The notes below the pieces were generated by a model. The model worked only from the letters and a program-made list of their open reading frames with translations. It had not been told where the DNA came from and did no database searches. This document shows, piece after piece, positions 22,761 to 35,352 of a stretch of DNA of 64,000 nt (position 1 is its first letter; each line of letters begins with the position of its first letter). The position numbers were made by a program, and so were the translations under genes. The stretch comes from Macrostomum lignano. Lineage: Eukaryota. The stretch covers positions 930,001 through 994,000 of the forward strand of contig NIVC01000040.1 of the NCBI GenBank assembly GCA_002269645.1. Reading direction: 5' to 3'.

Positions 22761-24748
22761 GGAATGATTCAGATGATACTTCAGGGACGATTCAGATAAT
22801 ACTTCAAGGAAAATTAAGATGATACTTCAGGGATAATTAAGATGATACTTCAGGGATAATTAAGATGATACTTCAGGGATAATTAAGATGATACTTCAGG
22901 GATGATTCAGATGATACTTCAGGGATAATTAAGATGATACTTCAGGGATGATTCAGATGATACTTCAGGGATAATTAAGATGATACTTCAGGGATGATTC
23001 AGATGATACTTCAGGGATGATTCAGATAACAATTCAGGGACGATTCAGATGATACTTCAGGGATAATTAAGATGATACTTCAGGGACGATTCAGATTATA
23101 CTTCAGGGATGACTCAGATGATACTTCAGGGACGATTCAGATGACAATTCAGGGACGATTTAGATGATACTTCAGGGATAATTAAGATGATACTTCAGGG
23201 ACGATTCAGATGATACTTCAGGGATGATTCAGATGATACTTCAGGGACGATTCAGATGATACTTCAGGGATAATTAAGATGATACTTCAGGGATGATTCA
23301 GATGATACTTCAGGGATGATTCAGATGATACTTCAGGGACGATTCAGATGATACTTCAGGGACGATTCAGATGATACTTCAGGTACGATTCAGATGATAC
23401 TTCAGGGACGATTCAGATGACAATTCAGGGACGATTCAGATGATACTTCAGGGATGATTCAGATGATACTTCAGGGACGATTCAGATGATACTTCAGGGA
23501 TGATTCAGATGATACTTCAGGGACGATTCAGATGATACTTCAGGGATGATTCAGATGATACTTCAGGGACGATTCAGATGATACTTCAGGGACGATTCAG
23601 ATGATACTTCAGGGACGATTCAGATGATACTTCAGGGACGATTCAGATGACAATTCAGGGACGATTCAGATGATACTTCAGGGATGATTCAGATGATACT
23701 TCAGGGACGATTCAGATGATACTTTCAGGGATGATTCAGATGATACTTCAGGGATAATTAAGATGATACTTCAGGGACGATTCAGATGATACTTCAGGGA
23801 CGATTCAGATGATACTTCAGGGATGATTCAGATGATACTTCAGGGATAATTAAGATGATACTTCAGGGATGATTCAGATGATACTTCAGGGATAATTAAG
23901 ATGATACTTCAGGGATGATTCAGATGATACTTCAGGGATGATTCAGATAACAATTCAGGGACGATTCAGATGATACTTCAGGGATAATTAAGATGATACT
24001 TCAGGGACGATTCAGATTATACTTCAGGGATAATTAAGATGATACTTCAGGGATGATTCAGATGATACTTCAGGGATAATTAAGATGATACTTCAGGGAT
24101 GATTCAGATGATACTTCAGGGATGATTCAGATAACAATTCAGGGACGATTCAGATGATACTTCAGGGATAATTAAGATGATACTTCAGGGACGATTCAGA
24201 TTATACTTCAGGGATGACTCAGATGATACTTCAGGGACGATTCAGATGACAATTCAGGGACGATTTAGATGATACTTCAGGGATAATTAAGATGATACTT
24301 CAGGGACGATTCAGATGATACTTCAGGGATGACTCAGATGATACTTCAGGGACGATTCAGATGATACTTCAGGGATAATTAAGATGATACTTCAGGGACG
24401 ATTCAGATGATACTTCAGGGATAATTAAGATGATACTTCAGGGACGATTCAGATGATACTTCAGGGATGATTCAGATGATACTTCAGGGACGATTCAGAT
24501 GATACTTCAGGGACGATTCAGATGATACTTCAGGGACGATTCAGATGATACTTCAGGGACGATTCAGATGATACTTCAGGGACGATTCAGATGACAATTC
24601 AGGGACGATTCAGATGATACTTCAGGGATGATTCAGATGATACTTCAGGGACGATTCAGATGATACTTTCAGGGATGATTCAGATGATACTTCAGGGATA
24701 ATTAAGATGATACTTCAGGGACGATTCAGATGATACTTCAGGGACGAT
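22761..24748. repeat. 23-bp minisatellite (gatgatacttcagggacgattca), about 2 kb
   Basis: Contiguous 23-bp units with three main variants; no spacers. Confidence 0.97.
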
Positions 24749-25387
24749 TATTCAGGGAAGGTCATAATTCAGATGACCTTAGGAGAAGAATATGTCAAAA
24801 AGAACATAGCTTTTATTTATAATAGATCAGCTGATATCAATATATCCATGAATGGATAAACATCTGGTAAGCATGGTTACGCAGAGAAAACTGTTTAACA
24901 TTTATATTTAACATGAACAGTTGAATTTTGTCAGTACAATGTTTATTAGATATAATTAATAAAGCTTCAATAATACCATGTCAACAATAACTACGGTGAA
25001 TTTCTTTTAATAACTTTTTTTAATCACGAAAACCCACGTCCAAGAGAAACTGGAGAAAAAATAAAAATCGCGCTCAAATTTTACTACTGACTTCCCCTCC
25101 TTCAGTAGCGAGTAGCGCAACAAAACAGATTAATATTTTATTATGTTTGAGAGTAGGAAAATGTATGGAGCATCCCATGCCCGTCATTCTGCATTCGAAC
25201 TGACTGCAGATTTAAGAGTAAGAAAAAAACATAATGCAAAATGCAGTCACCAGAGTTATGAGTAAGCTAGCCTATCCAAGCACAGGGTAAGACTGGTTTG
25301 CTCGGTTTCGCTAACCAAAACCAACGGTACTGATGTTCTCAGTGTTGTTAACTATTAAAGCCAGACTGCTCATGACTTCCGTAAGGA

Positions 25388-25987
25388 TTAGGGCTTAGGA
25401 TTATGATTTAGGGTTAGGGTTTAGGTTATGGTTTTGTATTTAGATTAGGGTTTAGGGTTATGGTTTAGGGTTTAGATTAGGGTCTAGGGTTATGGTTTAG
25501 GGTTTAGATTAGGGTCTAGGGTTATGGTTTAGGGTTTAGATTAGGGTCTAGGGTTATGGTTTAGGGTTTAGATTAGGGTCTAGGGTTATGGTTTAGGGTT
25601 TAGATTAGTGTCTAGGGTTATGGTTTAGGGTTTAGATTGGGGTCTAGGGTTATGGTTTAGGGTTTAGATTAGGGTCTAGGGTTATGGTTTAGGGTTTAAA
25701 ATTAGGGTCTAGGGTTATGGTTTAGGGTTTATATTAGGGTCTAGGGTTATGGTTTAGGGTTTAAAATTAGGGTCTAGGGTTATGGTTTAGGGTTTAAAAT
25801 TAGGGTCTAGGGTTATGGTTTAGGGTTTAGATTAGGGTCTAGGGTTATGGTTTAGGGTTTAAAATTAGGGTCTAGGGTTATGGTTTAGGGTTTAAAATTA
25901 GGGTCTAGGGTTATGGTTTAGTATTTAGATTAGGGTCTAGGATTTTGGTTAGGGTTTAGGGTTATGGTTTAGGATTTAGATTAGGGT
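25388..25987 (+). repeat. Interstitial telomere-like repeat, 32-bp unit of degenerate TTAGGG hexamers
   Basis: Unit ggtttagattagggtctagggttatggtttag repeated; exact TTAGGG words throughout. Confidence 0.9.
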
Positions 25988-26422
25988 TCCAGCAATTCTA
26001 TCGGCAGATTCTTAGGCTGACTCTACTCAAAGAGTATACTTTTGAAGCTTTTCAATCTTTCGTCACAAAAATAACACTGCTTTTAATCGCTAAGCATTGA
26101 AAGCAGATAGCAGATTGAATGCTAATGGTTCAATACGAAATCTATGCTTGATTGCATTAGTGTTGTTTAGTCTTACAAACCGAACAAGGAAGCTTTCTGT
26201 GCACAACTTTACTTAAAGCATACGCGCAACAAAGCAAAGATACACCATTTAGAATAGATTATAATAGCGTACCTTATAATTACACTTCTTATAGTAGCAA
26301 AAATAGTTTAGTAGTAACAATAAAAGATAGATAATTGGTGACCCGCATTCCAAAAGAACTGCAGTTTTTTAATCGTATTTTTTGTATTTCTTTAATATTG
26401 ATTGCCATTTAAACAGCCGTTC

Positions 26423-29400
26423 TCATTTGCCAAGCGCCTTCATTCGCTCTTGCAGGGAGGCCGTGTTAGCTTGCACAGTTTTCAAATCTTCAGTTAGGCG
26501 CTTCTCTAGCCCAGCAAGGAGGCTGGCCGAGGACTCCAGCTGAGCTGATGAAGCTCGCTGAGATTGATCGATGAGATTTAGGGCGCCGGAGAATTGCATA
26601 GCCTGACGGGATTGAGAGCGGATTTTGAGGGGCGGATTGAGAGCGGATTTTGATGGGCGGATTGAGAGCGGATTTTGAGGGGCGGATTGAGAGCGGATTT
26701 TGAGGGGCAGATTGAGAGCGGATTTTGAGGGGCGGATTGACAGCGGATTTTGGGGGGGCGGATTGCCAGAAGATTAGAAGGCTATTTAGATATATAGAAG
26801 AGAGACCTGTCGGATTGCTTGAAAATTCCAATTTTCAAAAAAACTAAAATATTTAATCAGAAAAAAACGTACCTGCTCGTGCAGCTCTCGCAAAGCGGTC
26901 AGACGGCCCACAATGCCGTGAACGGAGTCGGCCAGGCCGTCCCACTTCTTCACCAGTTCGTAGAGTTCAGCAACCCGAGCCTGCAGTGCGAGACAGTGGA
27001 GGATCAACGCTGGCTGTAAAAAACTTTAAACCACGGATAAGATCATATTTAACATGATTTATGTTAAATATAGGTTTTAAGGAGTGAAGGTCATGGACAT
27101 GAGTCTAGGTACAGGAAGTCCATGACCTTGACTCCCTCCCCGTCCATGACCTTCACTTTCTACCTGTCCATGACCTTCACTCCCTCCCCGTCCATGACCT
27201 TCACTCTCTACCTGTCCATGACCTTCACTCCCTCCCAGTCCATGATCTTCACTCTCTACCTGTCTATGACCTTCACTCTCTACCTGTCTATGACCTTCAC
27301 TCCCCGTCCATGACCTTCACTTCCTACCTGTCCATGACCTTCACTTTCTACCTGTCCATGACCTTCACTCCCTCCCCGTCCATGACCTTCACTCTCTACC
27401 TGTCCATGAACTTCACTCTCTACCTGTCCATGACCTTCACTCCCTCCCCTCCCTTTCCCTCCCTGTGCATGACCTTCACTATCACTCCCCTATCCGTGAC
27501 CTTCACTTCCTATCTGTCCGTGATCTTCATCTCACCTGAGTGTCGGCATCGGCCAGGGGCTCTCGCTTGTCGCTGGTGAGCTGAGCCAGCCGATGGTTAA
27601 GTGCGGCCAGTCGCGAGTCCACCTGCTCCAGGCTGGCCGGCTCCAGCAGGGCCAGTTTACCAGCCAGTCGATGAGTTGCCTCCAGCAGAGGTCGGCCGGC
27701 CAAATCGCCGGACAGAGCCGGGGCGCGCAGGTGAGCCTCGCCGACGGCCGCTTCGAGGCGGGCTAGTCGAGCTTCGAGGTCTTTAGGTACGGCGGGTGCA
27801 CCGCTGGTAGGTTTTGTGTACACCTGTAGATTGTGTAGCATATCCCTAATTAGGCGACGAAGCATTTACCGATGCATATACGCCTATAAAAACAGTGACT
27901 GTATACAAGACCTAAAAGTACTAATAAGATGACGAGGCTAAAAATGTCATAGTTAGTCACGCCGAATACCCAAAGATTTTCAATTGCTCTCACCTCGTAA
28001 ACCAGCGAGCCACTGGCGCCTTGAGCAGCCGCTGCCGCAGTTGGCTGCTGTTTTCCTAATCGCTCCAATTGACCAGCCAGTCGCTTCTCCAAGCAGCCCT
28101 CCGGATCGAACACGTGCAGCCCCTCAGCCTCCGGGCCAAGAAGCGAGTCCAGGTGCAACGCCAGCAGCTCGGACTGGGCACCGCGAATCATAGCAGCCAG
28201 CTGATCTGGCGACACTTCGCTGTCGCCGTCGCCGGCGTTATTGGCGGATTTGCGAGCCTCCTCGACAGCGGCAGACAGGCCGGCAATCTCGGCTTGTAGG
28301 CGTCTGCATTGGAAAAAAAATAGATTTAAGGTCGGTGACCTATTTTAAGTGCAAGGCTGCATTCTGGCACTCTGAAGATCCATTTCGGTACCCAAAGATC
28401 CATTTCGGTACCCAAAGATCCATTTCGGTACCCAAAGATCCGTTTTGGTACCTGAAGGTCCATTTCGGTACCCGAATATCCATTTTGGTACCTGAAGATC
28501 CATTTTGGTACCTGAAGATTCATTTGGGTACCTGAAGATCCATTTTGGTACCTGAAGATCCATTTTGGTACCTGAGGATTCATTTTGGTACCTGAAGATA
28601 AGATCCATTTTGGTACCTGAGGATTCATTTTGGTACCTGAGATCCATTTTGGTACCTGAAGATTCATTTTGGTCCTGAAGATCCATTTTGGTACCTAAAG
28701 ATCGATTATTGTACTTAAAGATTCATTTTGGTACCTGAAGATCCATTTTGGTACCTGAAGATTCATTTTGGTACCTGAAGATCCATTTTGGTACCTGAAG
28801 ATTCATTTTTTGTACCTGAGGATTCATTTTGGTACCTGAAGATCCATTTTGGTACTTGAATAGTCATTTTGGTACCTGTAGATCCATTTTGGTACCTGAG
28901 GATTCATTTTTGGTGCCTGAATATTCATTGTTTGCATTGATATATCACCACCCATGAACACAGATTGCTAGCTGTAACATGTGTAGTCACCTGTACTTCT
29001 GCATCGGTGTTTCAGCATCCCTAGCAGCCTCATCGAGCAGTTCAAGATCGCCAACGGCACCGCTAGCGTAGCCAATTTTGCGACCAGCTCTGATGGCGTC
29101 AGTGAAATCCACCCGACTGGAGTCCAGCTGCTTGCCTTTGAACTTTGCGGCGGCTGCGGCTGGATCGAGGCTGGACTGATCCACATCGCCTGACTCTGCC
29201 TGGTTGCCAGGGAACTGTGGGGGAATGGGAGATTAACATGGAATGTCTGCTTGGCAATGAATAGGTCATTTAATATATATACTTACCTTTGTGTCCCTTT
29301 GTTGATCACTTTCTGGGAGATCTCCTGACTCATAAACATCTGGCTGGCCCGTAGCCTGCAAACAGAAATAATTTTTTATGCAAATTCTGCATGGTATCAA

Positions 29401-32400
29401 TAAATAGTATTGCTCATACGAGTATTAAAAGCTAGGCTATAATGCTAAAGACAAAGTAAGTTTAAAATAAAGAGTTTTTAGATGTTTAAGCTGTAGGAAC
29501 TTTTGCTCTTTGGACACAAGTATTTCTTTAGGTTTACGTTTAATAGTTATGTGTCCAGTGACTAGACAATAAGCTATTTCATCTGTATAGTCAAATGGAT
29601 GATTACTAAATATATCAATAGCTAATTGTTTTGTGAATATTTCCATAGATATTTATGGAATTCAATTTTGAAACAAAAAATTGCAGATGATCAATTCTAA
29701 TTGCTCATGTAATGGAGATGAGCACATAAACAGAAAGGCTAAAATTAACCTTTGGCCCATATGCACAACATAGCCAAGCTAAGTTGCAAAAATGACTACT
29801 TGAAAAAATCAATATAATACTAATTAGATGACAAGATATTTAGCTTTAATAATATAATCCTAGTTATTCCTGCAATTTATCAAAATTATGTTTCTTTGAT
29901 AAGTAAGTCAATTTTTTGGTCAAAAAAGTAAGTTGCATGGTCAGTATAAGGCATTAAGCAAGGGAATTGTGCATTTAGCCTTGGCCTTATTATATACATA
30001 AAAATATTCTATTCTAACTAATATTATATATTTTATAGTTCAACAAAATACTAGCCAAGTTTTTTTTATTTTTTAAAAAATGACGTTTAAAACTAAAACC
30101 CCTATTAAATCATATATACTATGCTAATATATGGTCAAAATATGATCCCCATAGCCCGGATCATGCTAAGTGCATACCCAAACAAAAATTGAATAATTAC
30201 AAATGCATGCCAAAAAAATTGAATGTATGCCCATTCTAAAAATATGCTGATGTTGCAACAATAAATGATTTTTTATATTGTGACAAAAAATGACCTTTTT
30301 TAAAATTGCCTAATGAACCCTTTTTAGCAAATATTTTTTTTATTTTTGATGCTTTTTTGGCAATATTATTTACAGTGGAAAATTGATACAAACAAAGATT
30401 TGTTGAACTGCTTCATTGTTAGGTGCTAAATAACTTGAAAGCTTGAAATTTACACTTGAAAATGAACTTTCTTCATCTTTTTTTCTACTTCACAACAACT
30501 CTTCCACATGACTTAATAAAGTGCACACCAGGTGTGCACACATACTTTTTTCTTAGGAGTGGTATATGCCAACTGTGCATGCCTAATTTTGGCATGCAAG
30601 CTGGGTTTTTTAGGTTAGAAATCTAGTTGCCAGCTGGCCCTTGGCTTGGGGCTCAAAATCCAGGCTCATTCCATATAAGATGGACATTTTTGGAAAATAG
30701 AAAAAAGTCAATATTTTTGCTTGCCATTGCCTTATCAGCCAATTTTTTTACCAAATGTTTTTTATGTATAATATCTACAATCTAAGAATAAATGAATGAT
30801 AAAATGTTAGATTAGTATGCTATCAAGTGGCAAAAAGTCATTTTTGTAAAAATTTAGACATTTTTCTAAGCAAAAGACATCATTAAGTTTGTGTACCTTT
30901 TAAAAACAAATAGAAAGCTTTGGAAGGTTGAAACAAACTATAGATAAAAGTATAGTACTTGCATCATCAGATAAAAGTATTGGTGACCAAATAATCTATT
31001 ATATTTTTAATATATTGGTACCTCAAAGTTACTGAATTGACAGAAAAAAATATGTTACGACCATAATGTTACGACCATAAGGCTGCCTTTTCTTTTGTAT
31101 CTTTGTTGCCTTTTTGAGTTTATATATTCTACAAAAAGAGTATGATTACTAAAGATGTTCTTAGTCAAATTTTAAAAAATGTATTGCAAAATATCAAAAA
31201 TAAAAATGTTATAAGACTTTTACCTTTTAGTTTCTATATGTCAAAAATCCTGTTGTTACGACCATAAGTGCCATTCAAGGTTTAATAGCATCTATACTAA
31301 TGATGATATCTACATGAAACTCTATAAAAATATTTTTGACAAAATTATCTTTCATTTAAAATATTGGTTTAGTATATTCTATTATTATATTTCATTTTAT
31401 AAGTAAAAATAGCCTGTCATGTTACGACCATGCTTATATGGAATGAGCCAGTTGCCAATGGCTATTTTTGGTTGCCTATTGGCAACTAGCCACATTCTTG
31501 AGGATAGATATTTCCAAGGCTCATTAAACATGTATGCACTGTATGACTATGGGAATGAGACTGTCTGGGACTTGTTATTGACATTGTCAATTGTTGCAAC
31601 TTAGTATTTGCTGCAACTTAAATTCATATGGCATTTTATTACACTTGCAAAATCATTTTCTGAAAGTGGCAACTGGCACAAGGCCATATTGCGGAAGGTT
31701 TTTTGTGTACGCCGGACACATTTTTATTGAATTTTCAATTGTACACCAACAGATTTTAAATGTACGCCAACTTAAAAAATGGTAAAAAAATCAATGAATA
31801 TTTAAATTTAAATTTAAACTACAAAAATTGATAACGACATGACGATTGTCGTGACAATTCTAGTAATTAAAATGATTGGTAAATGAGAAAATAGTAGCAG
31901 AAAAAATGGTTTTTGAAATTACTTAACACAGAAAAAGCACGAAAAATTCTTTATATTAATTTCTAAGCCAGTCGCCATATGCCACACTGTACACCACACT
32001 GTACACAGCAAAGAAATGTAAGCTGGTGTACGCCACGGAAATCAAGTGTACGCCGGAATTTTCTGGCATATATCCCACCATCCACCAAGATGGAATTTTG
32101 GGGAGCACGAGAATTTCCTGCAGGAATTTTTCCCGCCGAGCTTTCCCCGCACGAGTTTTTCCTGCACAAGATTTTCCCGCAGCAAGTTTTTGTGAATCTC
32201 GAGAGTGAATCTCGTGTGGGGAAAGCTCCTGCAGCAAATTTTTGTTGCAGGAAAAACTCGCTGCGGGAAAATCTTGTGTGGGAAAAACTAGTGCGGGGAA
32301 AGCTCGGCGGAAAAAAATTCCTGTGGAAAATTATCATAGACCCAAATTTTTGTACAAAATCCTGGACGCATTCCGTGCACGCTAACAAAAACTTGCGCAC

Positions 32401-33254
32401 TTGTGCGCACATTTCTAGCAAACTTGCGCAACTTTAAAAAGCTTATGTGCGTGCAGCTTAATATTCTAAGAAATCTTGCATAATTTCATTTTAATTTCGA
32501 ATATTACATTTGTTACAGTAAAACAAAGTTATCGCAAATTTAAAAACAAAGCTACTGGGAACTACATTGAACTAAAAAAGAATAAAATCATTTATATTTT
32601 TAAAGCCTCATTTAAACTTTAATAAAACATTGTAAAAAATTGCTAAGAAATTCAAGTGGCAAAAAAACTGCGCATTCACGGGTAAAAAACTTGCGAGAAA
32701 AAATTACGCGCAACTTTTTGTTCCAAACTTATCATGCAAAGATTCCATCCTGGACCATCCGCAAAATGGGCACAAGGAAATGAAGTTGCCAGATTGGCCT
32801 CTGATGCCAAAAATCCAGTTGCCAATAAGATTTTCAAGGGGCCAAAAAACCCCATATGGCCAAAAAAATAAACCTAGCATGCAAGGCCAATGCACATCCA
32901 AATTTTTGGGCATATACTACATGATCCAGAGTGTGGTATGATCCCAATTCCTTAATTCCCAAACCTAAAACATTGATAAATATATTGTAGCCTTGTAGCA
33001 AAAAAATAAAAGCATTTATAAGCAAAATAAGTCTTTTCCACTAGAGATAAGGTGTACAATTGCATCTTATACACAGTTTAAAGGTACAGTCAATATTTTT
33101 TCAGTTTCACTAGGCCTACATAGAAAACCCATCAATGAATTAAAGAGTGATACTAACTCAAAACCATATTCACTTACACACAGTTTAATAAAATTTGCTT
33201 ATTTGTGCTATTGAATATCTAATGATGATATAACATATACATATAAAAATCAAA

Positions 33255-33290
<36 letters not shown>

Positions 33291-33415
33291 TGGGTGATTC
33301 ATACTATAATACTACCATCACAGTACCACTTAAAAGTTAAGGCGTGAACAGAATTAAATTAAAAAATGCAACTTACAATATATGGAAGGCTGCTGTACTT
33401 TGGATCCAGTGGCAT
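26423..33415 (-). CDS. DCTN2: Dynactin subunit 2 (dynamitin/p50), 7 exons, 405 aa
   Basis: Exons 33415-33377 (MPLDPKYSSLPYI), 29355-29287 (QPDVYESGDLPE), 29214-28991 (ETPMQKYR), 28303-27994, 27823-27536, 26980-26873 (LRELHEQ), 26602-26423 (AMQFS...ERMKALGK*). All GT-AG and in phase; total 1218 nt. Confidence 0.95.
26608..26765. repeat. 25-bp minisatellite in DCTN2 intron 6
   Basis: gagcggattttgaggggcggattga units. Confidence 0.9.
27118..27530. repeat. 21-24-bp minisatellite in DCTN2 intron 5
   Basis: tccatgaccttcactctctacctg units. Confidence 0.9.
28375..28925. repeat. 20-21-bp minisatellite in DCTN2 intron 3
   Basis: gatccattttggtacctgaa units. Confidence 0.92.
32105..32339. mobile_element. 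MITE-like foldback element in DCTN2 intron 1
   Basis: Long inverted arms (gagaatttcctgcaggaatttttcccgccgagctttccccgcac... versus ...gtgcggggaaagctcggcggaaaaaaattcctgtggaaaattatc); same motif style as 16721-17000. Confidence 0.7.
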
Positions 33416-33831
33416 TTTGAAAGTTGTTTTTAAATAGTTCGTTCAAATTTAACGATACGAATACTGAACCAAAACACTGAGAAAACTGTCTGTCTTCACA
33501 CTTCACCTTGTCCTTGACCTTGACTAGTGACTTTACATAAGATTTCTCTGAAAAAGTATTCGTTTTGAAAAACGCCTATTTAAACTAATAAACAAATAAA
33601 CAAAAATGGTTTGTATAGAAAAAATTTTTATATAACTTAAACTAAAAAATCCATAATTGCAGTTTTTCATTAAAGTACTCATGCAAATAGTATACAACTT
33701 GAAAAATTATTCTACAAATTTTTGTTGACCGTGGCTTCTTTGACAGATTCAAAATAGAAGATTTCATTGAAAATTTATTTGATGGTCGAGTATTAAGACT
33801 TAGTGAGTGAACCAAGATCTCAAAACTTGTA
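33416..33831. promoter_or_regulatory. Putative bidirectional promoter/5' UTR region
   Basis: Only 416 bp separate two divergent start codons (DCTN2 at 33415, orphan gene at 33832). Confidence 0.6.
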
Positions 33832-35302
33832 ATGTCTGCACAGGCAGTGTCTAAAAGTCAGACCCAAAAGCGGCATAGCCGCAAAGGTGGCCAAAAAGAA
33901 GGCGAAGATCCAAAAATATCAAAGGCAGTTCTTCGTCGAGTCGCTCGTCATTTGTAAGCACAGCTATTTTTGATTCGATTTTTACTGTTTAGTCTTGTCT
34001 AAAAAACTATTCTAAATAATAAATAATAAATCGAAATAAAATTTAATCGAGCAATAAACAATTTTATTTTCAGAGAGAATCACTTTAACTACGAAATTCA
34101 GGAGAACAGCTTTGTTACGCGATCCGGTTCTCAACGGGAATCAATAGTAAGTTAAATTCTACAAAATTGAACGTCAGCTACAAGTTAACAAGTACACTCA
34201 TATGATTTACATGGTTTACAGATAATAACTCTGTCCAAGACAAGTAAAGTTTTTTAACAAATATTTAATTTATAATTATATATTTATGTTCGTAAAGACA
34301 CTTTTGCACTCGTTCTCTTCTAATTTCGATTCGATAGGTTCTCTACAACTTTCCAGTGTCCAAACAATACCAGAGAAAAGAGCCCAGTGACGCTGTGTAA
34401 GTGTTTAATATCATATTTATTGTTTGCATTTTTTCTAAATAAATACCGCTCCAAAACAAAATCATCCTTATACATGTTCTATTCGTTATGCAGGCCCCAG
34501 CTGGTAAAGCCAAAGGTTAAGAGATCCGTAAAAAAGTCCATCTCAAACCCGTACGTTCGCTGCCTAGTGAGAACAACGAACGAAGTTGTGGTGAGTTTAA
34601 TTATGAGCCTATAAGAGCATTGTACTATTTACTAACAAGTTTCTCAATAAATTATTGATTCATTGATTGAAGTGTGAAATCTTGTCTCTGTAAATACATT
34701 TTAGGATAACTGAAGCTAGTAAGAATTCAAATTCCATGTAAAACAAATTTACATGATGTACTTTTAGCATTTATTATTATTTAAGTATATTCATGCCCCA
34801 CAAAGCACTGCACTGTGTTTTATCCTGACAGGGAAACGCAATCAATAATCTACACATACAATGAATCAGTTTACAATTTATTATTTTGATGTAGTTTTTG
34901 TTATTATGTCCATCTATAGATTCGCATTGTTTACACTGCGCATGCCAAACCTACATTCCTATATACTTTATTCCTGTATCCCGGCCGTCGCTCTACTAGA
35001 ACCGACGATCGATAAACGTAATATCGTGTAATGCGTAATTGATGTAATCGGCGCCGGCGATTATGCATTTATGGACTGAATTGTTTCTTAAAACATTGGT
35101 TCTACTTTAGTTTAATCTAAAAATCTATTCATTCTTACACTGCCGATCTCTGTAGTTCGCCAGATCCCACCCCAGGTTCTCTTTAGGCTAATCCCAGTAA
35201 GATAAGCAAAGTAGAAAAAATCTATAGCGAAATTCATCGCGAGAGAGAAGAGAGAGAGGAGAGGTCACGGCGTATTGAGTTAGCAACCGGTTTCAAGCCT
35301 CT

Positions 35303-35352
<50 letters not shown>

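Noticed and set aside
22761-24748. Regular 23-37-bp repeats (here and at 55356-57452, 58455-59085) as CRISPR arrays
   Set aside because: Units are contiguous with no unique spacers, there are no cas genes, and the context is eukaryotic.
27122-28686. ORFs MTLTPSPS..., MNLQVPKW..., MDLQDQNE...
   Set aside because: Translations of intronic minisatellites within DCTN2.
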